Shown piece by piece: positions 1 through 9,199 of a DNA stretch of 64,000 bases. This DNA comes from a virus. The translations under genes and the position numbers were made by a program. Position 1 is the first letter of the stretch. Each line of letters starts with the position of its first letter. The notes beneath the pieces were generated by a model. The model was not told where the DNA came from. It ran no database searches and saw only the letters and a list, made by a program, of their open reading frames with translations. The stretch lies in the IMG/VR virus record IMGVR_UViG_3300020048_000017, positions 1-64,000 of that record. The stretch is one strand, 5' to 3'.

Positions 1-139
1 CGCCAACGGAGAAGAAGTCTATGATGGAGACCTTCTTTACGATAAGTCCTCGATAATCAAGGTCGTCAGAGCTGGTCATGGAGGTTTTTGGCCTTTTACA
101 GAAACTTACGATTACCTTTACAATGGGGCTTATAAAGAC

Positions 140-445
140 ATGGTTCTATATAGAGGACCTAAACGGCGAGAATACATTTTAGGAAAAGCTTTTCAAGAAT
201 CTTCTAAAAACGGAAATGTCTTCATGGTGAGTCACAATGGGTATTCGGTCCTTGTGGACTTTGATCGAAATGAGGCTCGTTTGACTATAAATAAGAAAGA
301 GATTTTCTTGAGAAATATCGAAACAGAGGGTCTAGTAGAGAGGTTTGACGAAAGAATAATCGGAGAACTGATAGTTTTAACTGATTTAAACATAGTTCCT
401 CCAGATATTAAAATCTCTGGAGATTTAGAGTTTGAAGTCTTTTAA
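140..445 (+). CDS. hypothetical protein
   Basis: 101-aa ORF, stop overlaps next start (TAATG). Confidence 0.6.
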   Translation: MVLYRGPKRREYILGKAFQESSKNGNVFMVSHNGYSVLVDFDRNEARLTINKKEIFLRNIETEGLVERFDERIIGELIVLTDLNIVPPDIKISGDLEFEVF

Positions 446-1101
446 TGAGCAATTTCTATATTCAATCTGGCTACCAAGGTAAAGAAGTCGGCGCTTTACT
501 TTTCAATTACCCTAAAGAATCTCTTAGTTATTCAGCCCGAGATAAATGGGCGGGCCAAACGATAGCGGGTAGTGTTGAATTCATCGAGAAATACCTTTCT
601 CCAAAAACCCCAAACTATTATCCAGAATTTCTGGCTCCGTTCTTTAAAAGAAAAATCCGCTATATAAAGAATCTTCGTGAGATAGAAGACGAAGAGTGTT
701 TCTTTGCCAAGCCCGCTGATAAACACAAAAGGTTTGAAGCCCAAATGGTTTCTGGATACGATAATTACAAGGATGTTCTTTATTCATGGCAAACTGGTCC
801 GTATTGGATCTCGGATATCGTCTTTTTTAGAGAAGAGTGGCGCTATTACGTAGCTGACGGAGAGGTTTTGGCCGCTTATTGGTATTCAGGAGGGGAAGTA
901 GAAATCGATCCTCCTGAATTAAATATTGATTGGCCTAAAGATTTTTGCGGGGCTGTTGATTTTGGTTGTCTCTCTACTGGAGATATAGCGCTCGTAGAAA
1001 ACAATCTCCCGTATGCGTGCGGGTGGTATGGACCTTACTCAGAGGGTAAGGTTTATGGAGAGTGGTTAGAAAAAGGATTTAGATACCTGATGAATGAATA
1101 G
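445..1101 (+). CDS. ATP-grasp domain protein (DUF4343/R2K-like)
   Basis: FAKPADKHKRF...EWRYYVADGEV...AVDFG...LVENN...GWYG pattern; ends in TAG. Confidence 0.65.
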   Translation: MSNFYIQSGYQGKEVGALLFNYPKESLSYSARDKWAGQTIAGSVEFIEKYLSPKTPNYYPEFLAPFFKRKIRYIKNLREIEDEECFFAKPADKHKRFEAQMVSGYDNYKDVLYSWQTGPYWISDIVFFREEWRYYVADGEVLAAYWYSGGEVEIDPPELNIDWPKDFCGAVDFGCLSTGDIALVENNLPYACGWYGPYSEGKVYGEWLEKGFRYLMNE

Positions 1102-1121
1102 GTTCACCGTGCAAGTTTTTC

Positions 1122-1150
1122 TTGACAAATGGAGAGATGTAGACTACACT
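1122..1150 (+). promoter_or_regulatory. sigma70-type promoter
   Basis: TTGACA-17 nt-TACACT. Confidence 0.7.
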
Positions 1151-1229
1151 CTCTCCTTTGAGGACGCTTTAATTTTGGCGTCGGTGCAAGCCGATCAAAT
1201 CGGCGAAAACAATGTAAGAATTTTACAAA

Positions 1230-1490
1230 ATGTATGTGACTCTTTCGGAATGGAGCAATCCAAAATTTTATAAACTGAATTTTATCGGAACTTTCGGAGG
1301 AGAGTCTCGGCTAACGGACGATTTCGAATTAAGAGATTATGGAATTCAGTTAGGAGACTTAACTTTATCAGACCTCTCGCCAGAGGAAATCAAAGATTTG
1401 GCAATAATAATCATTAACCATCTGGGGGTTTGTGGACATAGGTTCGAATTAGGATTTCATCAAGATGGTCAATATATAAAAGCGATATGA
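1230..1490 (+). CDS. hypothetical protein
   Basis: 86-aa ORF downstream of promoter, ATGA overlap with next gene. Confidence 0.6.
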   Translation: MYVTLSEWSNPKFYKLNFIGTFGGESRLTDDFELRDYGIQLGDLTLSDLSPEEIKDLAIIIINHLGVCGHRFELGFHQDGQYIKAI

Positions 1491-1846
1491 GGGAATTGAA
1501 ATTTAGATCGTGGGACGGAAATAGCTTCGAATACTCTAATAATTTATCAACCTTGGAATCTTTTTTTGGAGTCAACGAGTATCTAGGTTATAGAGACAAG
1601 ACCGTTTATATCCAACAATTCATAGGCGTAAAAGATAAAAGCGGCCAAGATATTTACGAAGGGGACTTGGTTAAATACCAATGGCAAGCTCATGATAAGG
1701 AATTCGAAACAAGTGTTGGAGAAGTCTTTTTTGAAGAAGGTATTTTTTATTTTGGAAGAACTGCCCTTTTTGCGACAAATGACTCAAACTTTCTAACGGA
1801 CACCTTGGAGGTTGTCGGCAATATTTTCGAAGATGGAAGAGTTTAA
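1487..1846 (+). CDS. YopX family protein
   Basis: MRELKFRSWD...QFIGVKDKSGQDIYEGDLV...LEVVGNIFE signature. Confidence 0.85.
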   Translation: MRELKFRSWDGNSFEYSNNLSTLESFFGVNEYLGYRDKTVYIQQFIGVKDKSGQDIYEGDLVKYQWQAHDKEFETSVGEVFFEEGIFYFGRTALFATNDSNFLTDTLEVVGNIFEDGRV

Positions 1847-2366
1847 TAAAAAAGCCGCCCTTTTTATTGGCGAATCGGTTATTAAATATCGATCCAAACT
1901 GATAGAATTTCACCCTTCGAAACGCCTTGGGTCCAAAGGTTTGGAATATACTGGTTGCGCTTCAAAAGATCTTTTGCAGATAGCCACAGGTTATCATTTT
2001 GATACATGGTTCGAAATTTTTGTCCACGAAACTTCTCACTTAGATCAACAGAAAGAGCGGCCAAAATGGTTCAGCCACAGACTCTCCAAAGTATTTAAAT
2101 TTAACGAGTTTCTCTTAAAAAGGGACTCTATCGAATGGAAAGATGTTTTTCAAATTTTAGAACTTGAACACGACTGCGAATTAAGGTCATTAGATAAATT
2201 GGTTAGTTACGAGCTACCTATAAATTACGTCCATTATTCTCAACGAGCCAACGCTTATTTACTTACTTACGTAAAAGCTTTTAAAACCGGCAAATGGTCT
2301 AATGGAAAATGGGACGCTTGGAAAGCAATGCCTAAAACAATTATACCCTTAAAAGAATTAATATGA
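1833..2366 (+). CDS. hypothetical protein with HEXXH metallopeptidase-like motif
   Basis: FVHETSH plus downstream ELEHDCE; ATG at 1833 preferred over track start. Confidence 0.45.
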   Translation: MEEFNKKAALFIGESVIKYRSKLIEFHPSKRLGSKGLEYTGCASKDLLQIATGYHFDTWFEIFVHETSHLDQQKERPKWFSHRLSKVFKFNEFLLKRDSIEWKDVFQILELEHDCELRSLDKLVSYELPINYVHYSQRANAYLLTYVKAFKTGKWSNGKWDAWKAMPKTIIPLKELI

Positions 2367-2536
2367 ATCAAGATCAAAAAGACGCAGCTAAACTAGAAGA
2401 TGATATTCTCAACCTTCTATCAACTTTCGAGCAAACTCACCCTCACTTACAAGTGAGCTACGTGACTCTAGAAAGAATCCCTATTCGGGGACTCACTAAT
2501 TTGCAAGATGTTGAAGTAGAAATTATTCTAAAATGA
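2363..2536 (+). CDS. hypothetical protein (57 aa, below ORF-track cutoff)
   Basis: MNQDQKDAAKLEDD...IILK*, ATGA overlaps at both ends. Confidence 0.6.
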   Translation: MNQDQKDAAKLEDDILNLLSTFEQTHPHLQVSYVTLERIPIRGLTNLQDVEVEIILK

Positions 2537-2790
2537 AACCAGAAACTCTCGTAGCAATTAATACGGAACTTACCAAAGCTCGAACTAAATTCCCAAGCCC
2601 TAATAAAAACTTTATAGCCCTAGTGGAAGAAGTTGGCGAATTAGCTAAAGACCTTTTAGAAGACAAAGCTTCTTTTAAACAAGAGGCTATTCAGGTCGCC
2701 GTTATGGCTATTAGGGTTCTAGAAGAAGGGGATTCAGATTTTGCTTTTACTCAAATTTGCACACCTATTACTAAAATTTCTTGCGAATGA
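2533..2790 (+). CDS. MazG-like nucleotide pyrophosphohydrolase
   Basis: ALVEEVGELAKDLL...QEAIQVAVMAIR (EExGEL...E motif). Confidence 0.7.
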   Translation: MKPETLVAINTELTKARTKFPSPNKNFIALVEEVGELAKDLLEDKASFKQEAIQVAVMAIRVLEEGDSDFAFTQICTPITKISCE

Positions 2791-3236
2791 ATTATTACGC
2801 TTATTCTTTTCATGACGACTTAGGCCTGTTAGTATTCCCAACTTTAGAAGCTCTTGTAAAAAGGCTTTTAGAGGATCTTCCTGACACTTTTGTAAAAAAG
2901 ATCAGACCGTGTTTTGCGCATAGCTATGAAAACGAAATTCTATCTCTTTGGGAAGTAGGTTTGTCGCCTGATGACTTTTATAAAGAGGTTAATATCGGTT
3001 ATCAAAAAGTTTGCGACCTAATAGAAACAGCTAAAGAACGGTTCGACACAGATATAGAAAATAAAAAGCTTTTCGAAGAACTGAAAAAGAAGACTCCATC
3101 TTTAGTTTTCACCGTTCAAGAACCTTGTTATAACGCAATTTTAGAAGACCTCATCAACGAAACGAGAGAAAAAATCTCTTTTGACGAATTTAAATTCGAC
3201 AAGATCGTTTGTAAATTCTTGCGAAACCTATTATGA
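2787..3236 (+). CDS. hypothetical protein
   Basis: ORF in coupled operon. Confidence 0.6.
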   Translation: MNYYAYSFHDDLGLLVFPTLEALVKRLLEDLPDTFVKKIRPCFAHSYENEILSLWEVGLSPDDFYKEVNIGYQKVCDLIETAKERFDTDIENKKLFEELKKKTPSLVFTVQEPCYNAILEDLINETREKISFDEFKFDKIVCKFLRNLL

Positions 3237-3670
3237 AAGATCGCTTTATCCCAGTATACGCTAATATCACTAAAGAGTTTGCGTCCTTATCTAGAGCCCG
3301 TAGGTTAAAAGTCGGGGCTATCATAGTTAAGGATGATAAAATCATTAGCTGCGGTTTTAACGGAACCCCGACAGGTTGGAACAATAATTGTGAAGATACA
3401 CTAATTTCTTATAAGGATAACTTCAAAGAAGGAACTCTCGTCACAAAACCCGAGGTGATCCACGCAGAACATAATGCACTTTATAAATTAGCGAAATCTA
3501 ATGAAAGTGGTTTAGGAGCTACTATGTTTTGCACTCACTCCCCTTGTATAGAATGCGCTAAAGGTATTTATATGAGCGGAATTAAAAGGCTCTATTACGG
3601 AGAGGACTATCGCTCACTCTCGGGGCCGGAACTTTTAGAAAAAAGTGGTGTAGAGGTAAAAAAGTGGTAA
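3233..3670 (+). CDS. dCMP deaminase
   Basis: KVGAIIVKD...GFNGTP...HAEHNAL...THSPCIECAKGI zinc motifs. Confidence 0.92.
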   Translation: MKDRFIPVYANITKEFASLSRARRLKVGAIIVKDDKIISCGFNGTPTGWNNNCEDTLISYKDNFKEGTLVTKPEVIHAEHNALYKLAKSNESGLGATMFCTHSPCIECAKGIYMSGIKRLYYGEDYRSLSGPELLEKSGVEVKKW

Positions 3671-3720
3671 CTAGTTAAAAATTTCCGATAGCGTAGTTCA
3701 AAAATCTACGTAAGTCAATC

Positions 3721-3966
3721 ATGAAAAGCGAAACCGAACAAGAAAGTGATGGTTGGGAGAACTCTTACCCTTTAGACGGCGAACAATGTCCAGAATGCCT
3801 CCACGGGTTAATAGAAACTCAGGAATTCGGAAGAGGTAAGTCTGAAGAAATTGTAGCTTGGTGTGCGGGACTAAACGGAATCAAGCGAGAGGACGCCGAA
3901 GAATCTGAATGGTGCGATTGTGGCTGCGGATGGGAAGGAATGTATTACCCTAACGAAACAAATTAA
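3721..3966 (+). CDS. hypothetical acidic Cys-containing protein
   Basis: CPEC and CDCGC motifs. Confidence 0.5.
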   Translation: MKSETEQESDGWENSYPLDGEQCPECLHGLIETQEFGRGKSEEIVAWCAGLNGIKREDAEESEWCDCGCGWEGMYYPNETN

Positions 3967-3970
3967 TAAT

Positions 3971-4378
3971 ATGGACTTACAATCTTTAAATTACGCGCTT
4001 GTCAGATGGTCGGTAGTGTGCGACAAATGGGGAGAACTCTCTAACAGCGCTCCAGACTTGAAAGCATTTTTGGCAGGCTGGCTTTGCAATAGTATACAAG
4101 CATCTCTTCTTGAAGAGCTTCCTATTTTTCGCGACTCTTTTAATAAAGGTTGGTCAGAATGTGAAAACGCAAAATTCTTACAAGAGGAGTCTGAAAAAGA
4201 TGCCCTAATTAAAGTCTGGAAAGTATTTGGAGAAGGTCCCACTTTTTATAGTGACGATTATTCAATCGCAATTAGTGCTCATTCCGAAAGACTTCATTAT
4301 GGAGAGTCATCTACGATTAACCCTTTATTAATGAGGGTGAGAGACTACGAAGCTCTCCCAGAATTTACCGGATACTAA
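3971..4378 (+). CDS. hypothetical protein
   Basis: ORF from ATG 3971. Confidence 0.55.
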   Translation: MDLQSLNYALVRWSVVCDKWGELSNSAPDLKAFLAGWLCNSIQASLLEELPIFRDSFNKGWSECENAKFLQEESEKDALIKVWKVFGEGPTFYSDDYSIAISAHSERLHYGESSTINPLLMRVRDYEALPEFTGY

Positions 4379-4385
4379 AAATCGC

Positions 4386-4413
4386 TTGACTCCCTCAGAT
4401 CATGTGCTACATT
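4386..4413 (+). promoter_or_regulatory. sigma70-type promoter, leaderless start
   Basis: TTGACT-16 nt-TACATT-6 nt-ATG(4420). Confidence 0.7.
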
Positions 4414-4419
4414 AAGCCA

Positions 4420-4689
4420 ATGAAAAACATCATCCCAGTAATCGTAGCGCTTCTGGCGCTTCTCACAGTAATTCTGATTTCCAGTTGCGCTAGGAGCGCA
4501 AAGGGTATTGCCAGAACCGATAACCCAGACATTGACGTCGAACTTCTTTTTGAAAAAGATGGAATTAAAGTCTATCGTTTTTATGATTACGGTAGTGCTA
4601 GGTATTTTACAGACGCAAGAGGTAGCGTCGAATGGAGAGAACAACAAGGAAAAACAAGTGTCCGCGAATCAATCGAAACCGTTGAATAA
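4420..4689 (+). CDS. putative lipoprotein (DUF4884-like)
   Basis: signal peptide with ISSC lipobox; VELLFEKDGIKVYRFYDYGSARYFT. Confidence 0.6.
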   Translation: MKNIIPVIVALLALLTVILISSCARSAKGIARTDNPDIDVELLFEKDGIKVYRFYDYGSARYFTDARGSVEWREQQGKTSVRESIETVE

Positions 4690-4691
4690 TT

Positions 4692-4907
4692 ATGATTATT
4701 GAATTTATTAAAACTCAGCCAGCCTTATTTGTAATTCTTTGTATCGCTACAAACCTGTTAGGATCTTTTAATCTATATATAAATTTAAAAAAACTGAATA
4801 AAAATCAAGCAAAACCTCTTGACAAAGAATTGTTTCACAAGATTTATTTAGTCGGCTCAATTGTCACTATGATCATTTTTGGCTTTGTTGTGATCGAAAA
4901 TCTTTAA
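4692..4907 (+). CDS. small membrane protein
   Basis: two hydrophobic segments. Confidence 0.55.
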   Translation: MIIEFIKTQPALFVILCIATNLLGSFNLYINLKKLNKNQAKPLDKELFHKIYLVGSIVTMIIFGFVVIENL

Positions 4908-5034
4908 AACATGATATCAAACGAAGAACTTAAAAAGTTAAAGAATTATTTAAAAAATATTAAAAACTTCTCCGAAAAAGAGGACTGGGAGGAATATTAT
5001 GCCCAAGAATTAATAATGGACGGAGGTCTTTTAT

Positions 5035-5292
5035 ATGACGAGATCTTTAACGATGACTTCGATGGAAATCAAACCTAAATGGCGCAGCACTCTCGATCTT
5101 CCCATTACAAACGATATAGAAGACGAATGGGACGAAAGGTGTGTGGTAGTTTGGCTAGACGCTGAGAACCCTCCCGACCAAGGTGTAGAAATTACAACTC
5201 TTGGAGCTATTCGCGATGGCGACTACGAAGACCCCAGATATGAAAACCCCGTATGGCGCACGGTTATGGACGCGCCTATTTTTAATCAATGA
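5035..5292 (+). CDS. hypothetical protein
   Basis: 85-aa ORF, GGAGG upstream. Confidence 0.55.
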   Translation: MTRSLTMTSMEIKPKWRSTLDLPITNDIEDEWDERCVVVWLDAENPPDQGVEITTLGAIRDGDYEDPRYENPVWRTVMDAPIFNQ

Positions 5293-5678
5293 ACTTACTT
5301 ATAGCAACAACATTATTCTCGTTTTTTACTTCTTCACCAAATAAATTAGCGCCCGCTGCTGAATCTTGGGAAGGTAAACATTTTAAACAAGGTCAAACCG
5401 CTCGGTGCGCCGATTTCGTTGGAACGGTGGTGAAGTCGGTCGGTAAGCAGCCTCCTTCCGGTTATCAAAAATGCACTAGCTGGTTGGGTTGGGGGAGTAA
5501 AATTTCGCTTGACAAGATTCAAAAAGGTGATATTGTGATTTACTCCAAGTCGGGCGGCTATAACCATATCGGTATTTATGTAGGAGATGGTCAGATTATC
5601 CACAGACCTACCCGCTCTAAAACCGTTCGAAAGATTAATTACAAATATCGATCTATTATTGGGGTGAGGCGGGCTTGA
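5289..5678 (+). CDS. NlpC/P60 family peptidase (secreted)
   Basis: signal peptide; CADFV, GDIVIY, HIGIYVGDGQIIH (Cys-His-His). Confidence 0.85.
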   Translation: MNLLIATTLFSFFTSSPNKLAPAAESWEGKHFKQGQTARCADFVGTVVKSVGKQPPSGYQKCTSWLGWGSKISLDKIQKGDIVIYSKSGGYNHIGIYVGDGQIIHRPTRSKTVRKINYKYRSIIGVRRA

Positions 5679-5975
5679 AAATAAAAACTTTGAAATAAAA
5701 TAAATCGAATACTGTTTGTTACCACTCTTGCGGGGAAATGATAACTCCAAAAAAACTTCAAGAACAGTAATGCGCCATCAAGACCGTTATGCCTATGGGC
5801 AGTTTTCTCTGTTTGTGGACGATTGGCAATGCCCCAAATGTGGAGAAAAAAGTTTGCCAAAGAACTCATACAAATTTGTGTAATTCGGGGCGAAATGTTT
5901 TTTAAAAGAGTTTAGGGTCTTTTGACTGTCCCGACCCTCAAAAATAATTCAAACGCGCCACAGCTAATAGCTTTC

Positions 5976-6170
5976 ATGGAGAATAAACAATCTAGCCCCG
6001 ATATTAGAGCCCATTGTAGATTTTGCTCAGGGCTCCCCACATGGAAAAAGGGTAGAACTAAGCGTGGCTGGCTGAAGCACGAATGCGCAGACTATAGCTA
6101 TATGGCTTACGGTGAGTTAGGTCAGTGTTGCGAAAATTGGAATACAGAGAACTTCTTCAAGAAATTATAA
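5976..6170 (+). CDS. hypothetical Cys-rich protein
   Basis: CRFC...HEC...CENWN. Confidence 0.45.
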   Translation: MENKQSSPDIRAHCRFCSGLPTWKKGRTKRGWLKHECADYSYMAYGELGQCCENWNTENFFKKL

Positions 6171-6346
6171 TATGACAGCCGCCCTTTTACTCGGTTACCT
6201 TTTTGTGGGTCTTATGCTCGCTCCGTATTTTAAGCGGCGATTTTTCGTTTCTGACGCGGAGGCTTGGGTTTTTTGGCCAATTTATTTAATAATAGCACTA
6301 TGGAAATCATAATCATATTTTTGATCGTCTACTTACTCTTGTGTAA

Positions 6347-6661
6347 ATGAATCTACCTTTTAAAAACTTAAAAAACAGTAAGCCGCCAAATGGCTCCGAA
6401 ATTTGGTTTATTCATCCTGATAGTGTTTTAGATTCGGGTGGGTTTGAATTTGCGAAAGTTTGCTATTTGTGGGACTCTCATGCGGGAGGCACCATTCCTT
6501 TCGATGGATACCCTGATCCCGAACCTTATAAAGTTAGCTACGAAATCGGGGAGTTTATTTTAGAGGGGTTTGAAGACTTCTGGTGGATCGGGGCTGAAAA
6601 AGTTGATAGGATTTTGAAAGAGTGTTCTTTTGATTCAGATCCTTATTTACAAACAAGGTAA
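6347..6661 (+). CDS. hypothetical protein
   Basis: 104-aa ORF. Confidence 0.55.
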   Translation: MNLPFKNLKNSKPPNGSEIWFIHPDSVLDSGGFEFAKVCYLWDSHAGGTIPFDGYPDPEPYKVSYEIGEFILEGFEDFWWIGAEKVDRILKECSFDSDPYLQTR

Positions 6662-6949
6662 TTATGCAAGAGGTGAATTGCGGCGAAGGAATTTGTCCAG
6701 ATGCTGAGGTTACTTATTCAGACGAGTATCTAGGTTTCTATGAGTGTAAAATTTGTGGAAGGAAATGGAAAAAAGTCTGTTATATAACTGAGATAGTTGA
6801 CGACCACATTGAATGAAACCGTGTTCCAAAATAGAGGCTTGTTGGAAGTATTGGAGGGAAGCAGGTCGAGACGACAAACCTGATCGCTTTAGAAGCTGGG
6901 CCAAACATCAAATGGTCAAAGCTAGAAGAAGGTTTAGCAAAAAGGTAGT

Positions 6950-7600
6950 GCGGGATGAATTAGATAGCCACGTAGATTTTTGAATCATTTCCAGCTTCCG
7001 GCCCGCCAGTAAAAATTAAAGTTTGCTTTAAGAGGGTTAAGAGAAAGTATAGTTTGCTTATGGAGGATTGAGGAGGGTTCAGGAATAAAGGGAATTGAAG
7101 AGGGTTTGGGGAAGTTGACGTTCGGAGGGTTCTGGGAGAGCGTTCGGATGAGGAGGGATTTTTGAAAAGTTTTGAAGGGAGGAGGGTTGGTAGAGAAGTT
7201 GGTCCCCCCATGCCCGCCATAGCCACCATAATCTTCATATTTTCCGTAAATACCCCTACCCCTTATAATTTCCATAACTTTAGTAATTGTCACAAAAAAG
7301 GAGCGCTTGCGCGCCCCTTTTATGGTATTTATGGAGACTATGGTTAATCCTCCAATCCCGTCGTGCGGGGGATATACTGTTCAAAAAGACAGGCGTCTTC
7401 GATCTCGGCGTTCTCCATCTCAAAAGAGGTGTTCAAAAGAAACCTGTTCATCTGGGCAGCAGAGCGGCGCTCGATGGCGGACTCGGTAGTGTTCATTTCG
7501 ACAGTGTTCGAGAGAGTAGTGGTCATATTCTTTAGCTTTCTTTATTGTTTGGTTAGTGGAGGTTTTCTCCCCTAGTCGCTCACTCCGTAGCGAGCGACAC
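6950..7600. other. non-coding junction between convergent gene blocks; GGAGGG repeats and degenerate boxes
   Basis: strand switch; G-rich then C-rich + strand; TGTTC half-sites at 7378, 7430, 7445, 7490, 7505. Confidence 0.6.
7576..7600 (-). terminator. hairpin downstream of LexA-like gene
   Basis: GTCGCTC...GAGCGAC inverted repeat just after the stop. Confidence 0.5.
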
Positions 7601-7614
7601 GGGGAAAAGACTGT

Positions 7615-8094
7615 TCACTTGGCCATCTTTTTGGTCTTCTTTTTCGTCACCGAATAGCCTAGCTTGCGAAGATACGCGATTGCGTCCCTTTCTTTATTGT
7701 CATCTAAGAATTCCGACATAGGAACGGCGGCGCGCGCCATACAATTTCCCATATTTCGCACTAGCAAACCGGCCTTTTCCAGCGATTTGAGGCAATTCAT
7801 AGCGCTTGTCTGGGAGGGAAAGCCCATAAATTTCTGAATATCCCTTGTGGACGGGGATACGCTATGCTTTGCACGGTGACAGGTAATATAATCGAGCACT
7901 GCCCTATCATTATTAGAAACGCTACCGTTTCCAGCGACTATCGTGACGGATTTTGCCGGTGCGGTACGAATCGCATCTGCCGTGATTGAAACGCTACCGT
8001 TTGAGCGTGTCATCTTGACACGGCCATTTTGAGACGTGCCGTGAATTTTGGCGATTTTCACCGCCGTGCTTTTCTTAACTGAATTTTTTCTCAT
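7615..8094 (-). CDS. LexA-type winged-helix DNA-binding domain protein lacking the S24 autocleavage domain
   Basis: residues ~60-125 NNDRAVLDYITCHRAKHSVSPSTRDIQKFMGFPSQTSAMNCLKSLEKAGLL match the LexA NTD pattern; ends ~35 aa later with no peptidase domain. Confidence 0.85.
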   Translation of the reverse strand: MRKNSVKKSTAVKIAKIHGTSQNGRVKMTRSNGSVSITADAIRTAPAKSVTIVAGNGSVSNNDRAVLDYITCHRAKHSVSPSTRDIQKFMGFPSQTSAMNCLKSLEKAGLLVRNMGNCMARAAVPMSEFLDDNKERDAIAYLRKLGYSVTKKKTKKMAK

Positions 8095-8132
8095 ATGAAC
8101 AAATCGGGTAAACTGGCGTCATTGCCAAGTAA

Positions 8133-8160
8133 AATATACCATACGCAAAAACGGTGTCAA
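8133..8160 (-). promoter_or_regulatory. promoter of LexA-like gene
   Basis: TTGACA-16 nt-TATATT on - strand. Confidence 0.75.
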
Positions 8161-8194
8161 ATTAATAATGTAACATTTTTTCATTTATTTTTCG

Positions 8195-8653
8195 TGCCCT
8201 TATGAACATGTATGTATGAACACTGGGTTGCGTGCGTCCCCGTGCGTGCGTGCGTCCCCGTGCGTCGTTGTTCATTTGAACACCTATCGGGGCTTTGTTC
8301 ATTAGAACAAAATTCGTATGCTCGTTTGAACACTACTCTCCTGAGCACTGTGCGTATGCACACCCTTGTTCATTTGAACACTGTGTATATGAACACTACT
8401 CATGTGGTCACTGTGCATTTGAACAACTGTCTAAAAAGGCTATGTTCAAGAAAACACTGTTCAAACGGGCACTGTTCAGAAAGGCATAGGGGAAATGTTC
8501 AAATGGACAAACTCCAAAAATGTTCAATCGAACACTACTTGGAAAAACCGTTCGAAAACGCGCGAGGGCTAAAACGCCGCAATTTATTAAAAAGGATTTT
8601 TGTTCAAAAGAACATATCGAAAATAATAACATTCATATTTGTTCAAATGAACA
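8195..8653. promoter_or_regulatory. dense cluster of ~14 TGTTC-N4-GAACA (SOS-type) boxes
   Basis: perfect at 8269, 8296, 8367, 8521, 8601, 8640; about 8 degenerate copies between them. Confidence 0.9.
8229..8266. repeat. (TGCG)n-CCCC tandem repeat
   Basis: TGCGTGCGTCCCCGTGCGTGCGTGCGTCCCCGTGCGTC. Confidence 0.8.
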
Positions 8654-8666
8654 TATTCCAGATACG

Positions 8667-8690
8667 AAAAAACCCCGCTTTCGCGGGGCT
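8667..8690 (-). terminator. intrinsic terminator, shared family CCCCGCGAAAGCGGGG-U tract
   Basis: identical 16-mer (+ strand CCCCGCTTTCGCGGGG) at 8673, 9174, 9446, 10135, 12165, 23205. Confidence 0.9.
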
Positions 8691-8702
8691 CTCGGTTTTC
8701 AA

Positions 8703-8951
8703 TTACTCAACCCATGACCGCCCGCCTTGCGTGACGAGCGTCTCCCATGATTTCATCCCTGCCATGATTTCCCATGATCCCTCATGGTTTTCCTGATACG
8801 ACGGGCGGGGCTTGGATGCCCGAATAGCGGAATCGCGTTTAGCGATTTCCACTTTGCGAATACGCTCCGCTTCATCGCGGGCGAAATTGGCGGCGGCGAT
8901 TTCCTCGCGCTTAGCGCGGGCTGACTCGATGATGGCTTGACGGTCTCTCAT
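8703..8951 (-). CDS. hypothetical protein (array unit)
   Basis: ORF between own promoter and terminator. Confidence 0.65.
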   Translation of the reverse strand: MRDRQAIIESARAKREEIAAANFARDEAERIRKVEIAKRDSAIRASKPRPSYQENHEGSWEIMAGMKSWETLVTQGGRSWVE

Positions 8952-9012
8952 GGTAAAACCAGCTTAAACCACTTATTCAAAATAAGCAAGTAATTATTTA
9001 GCCCAATTTTCA

Positions 9013-9025
9013 TATAATTTCCATA
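9013..9025. promoter_or_regulatory. TATAATTTCCATA motif in the promoter-proximal slot
   Basis: copies at 9013, 12501, 14792, variant 20613, partial 19194, each 23 nt upstream of a -35 hexamer; a further copy at 7264. Confidence 0.75.
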
Positions 9026-9042
9026 GCCCCATTTCCCCTCGG

Positions 9043-9154
9043 TGTTCAAACGAACATGTATGTGGTTTCTCTTAATGTGTTTCTTATTGGGTTGTTCAAA
9101 TGAACATTAACGAATCGGGCGGCTTAGTGAATTTCGAGAATGTTCAAACGAACA
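9043..9154. promoter_or_regulatory. three SOS-type boxes
   Basis: perfect at 9043, 9093, 9141. Confidence 0.9.
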
Positions 9155-9199
9155 AAAAGGGTCGAAAGAAAAACCCCGCTTTCGCGGGGCGTTCGGTTT

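Noticed and set aside
6960-7575. ORFs in the junction (6960-7238, 6985-7293, 7287-7535 etc.)
   Set aside because: Low-complexity, mutually overlapping, no clear start signals.
7615-8094. Full lexA gene or prophage CI repressor
   Set aside because: No peptidase domain follows in any frame before the terminator, and no integrase or lysogeny module is in the window.
8181-8796. ORF-track calls across the box cluster (e.g. 8212-8796 +, 8295-8489 +, 8408-8632 -)
   Set aside because: Translations are dominated by CSNEH/VHLN/SFEH strings produced by the palindrome, so they are spurious.
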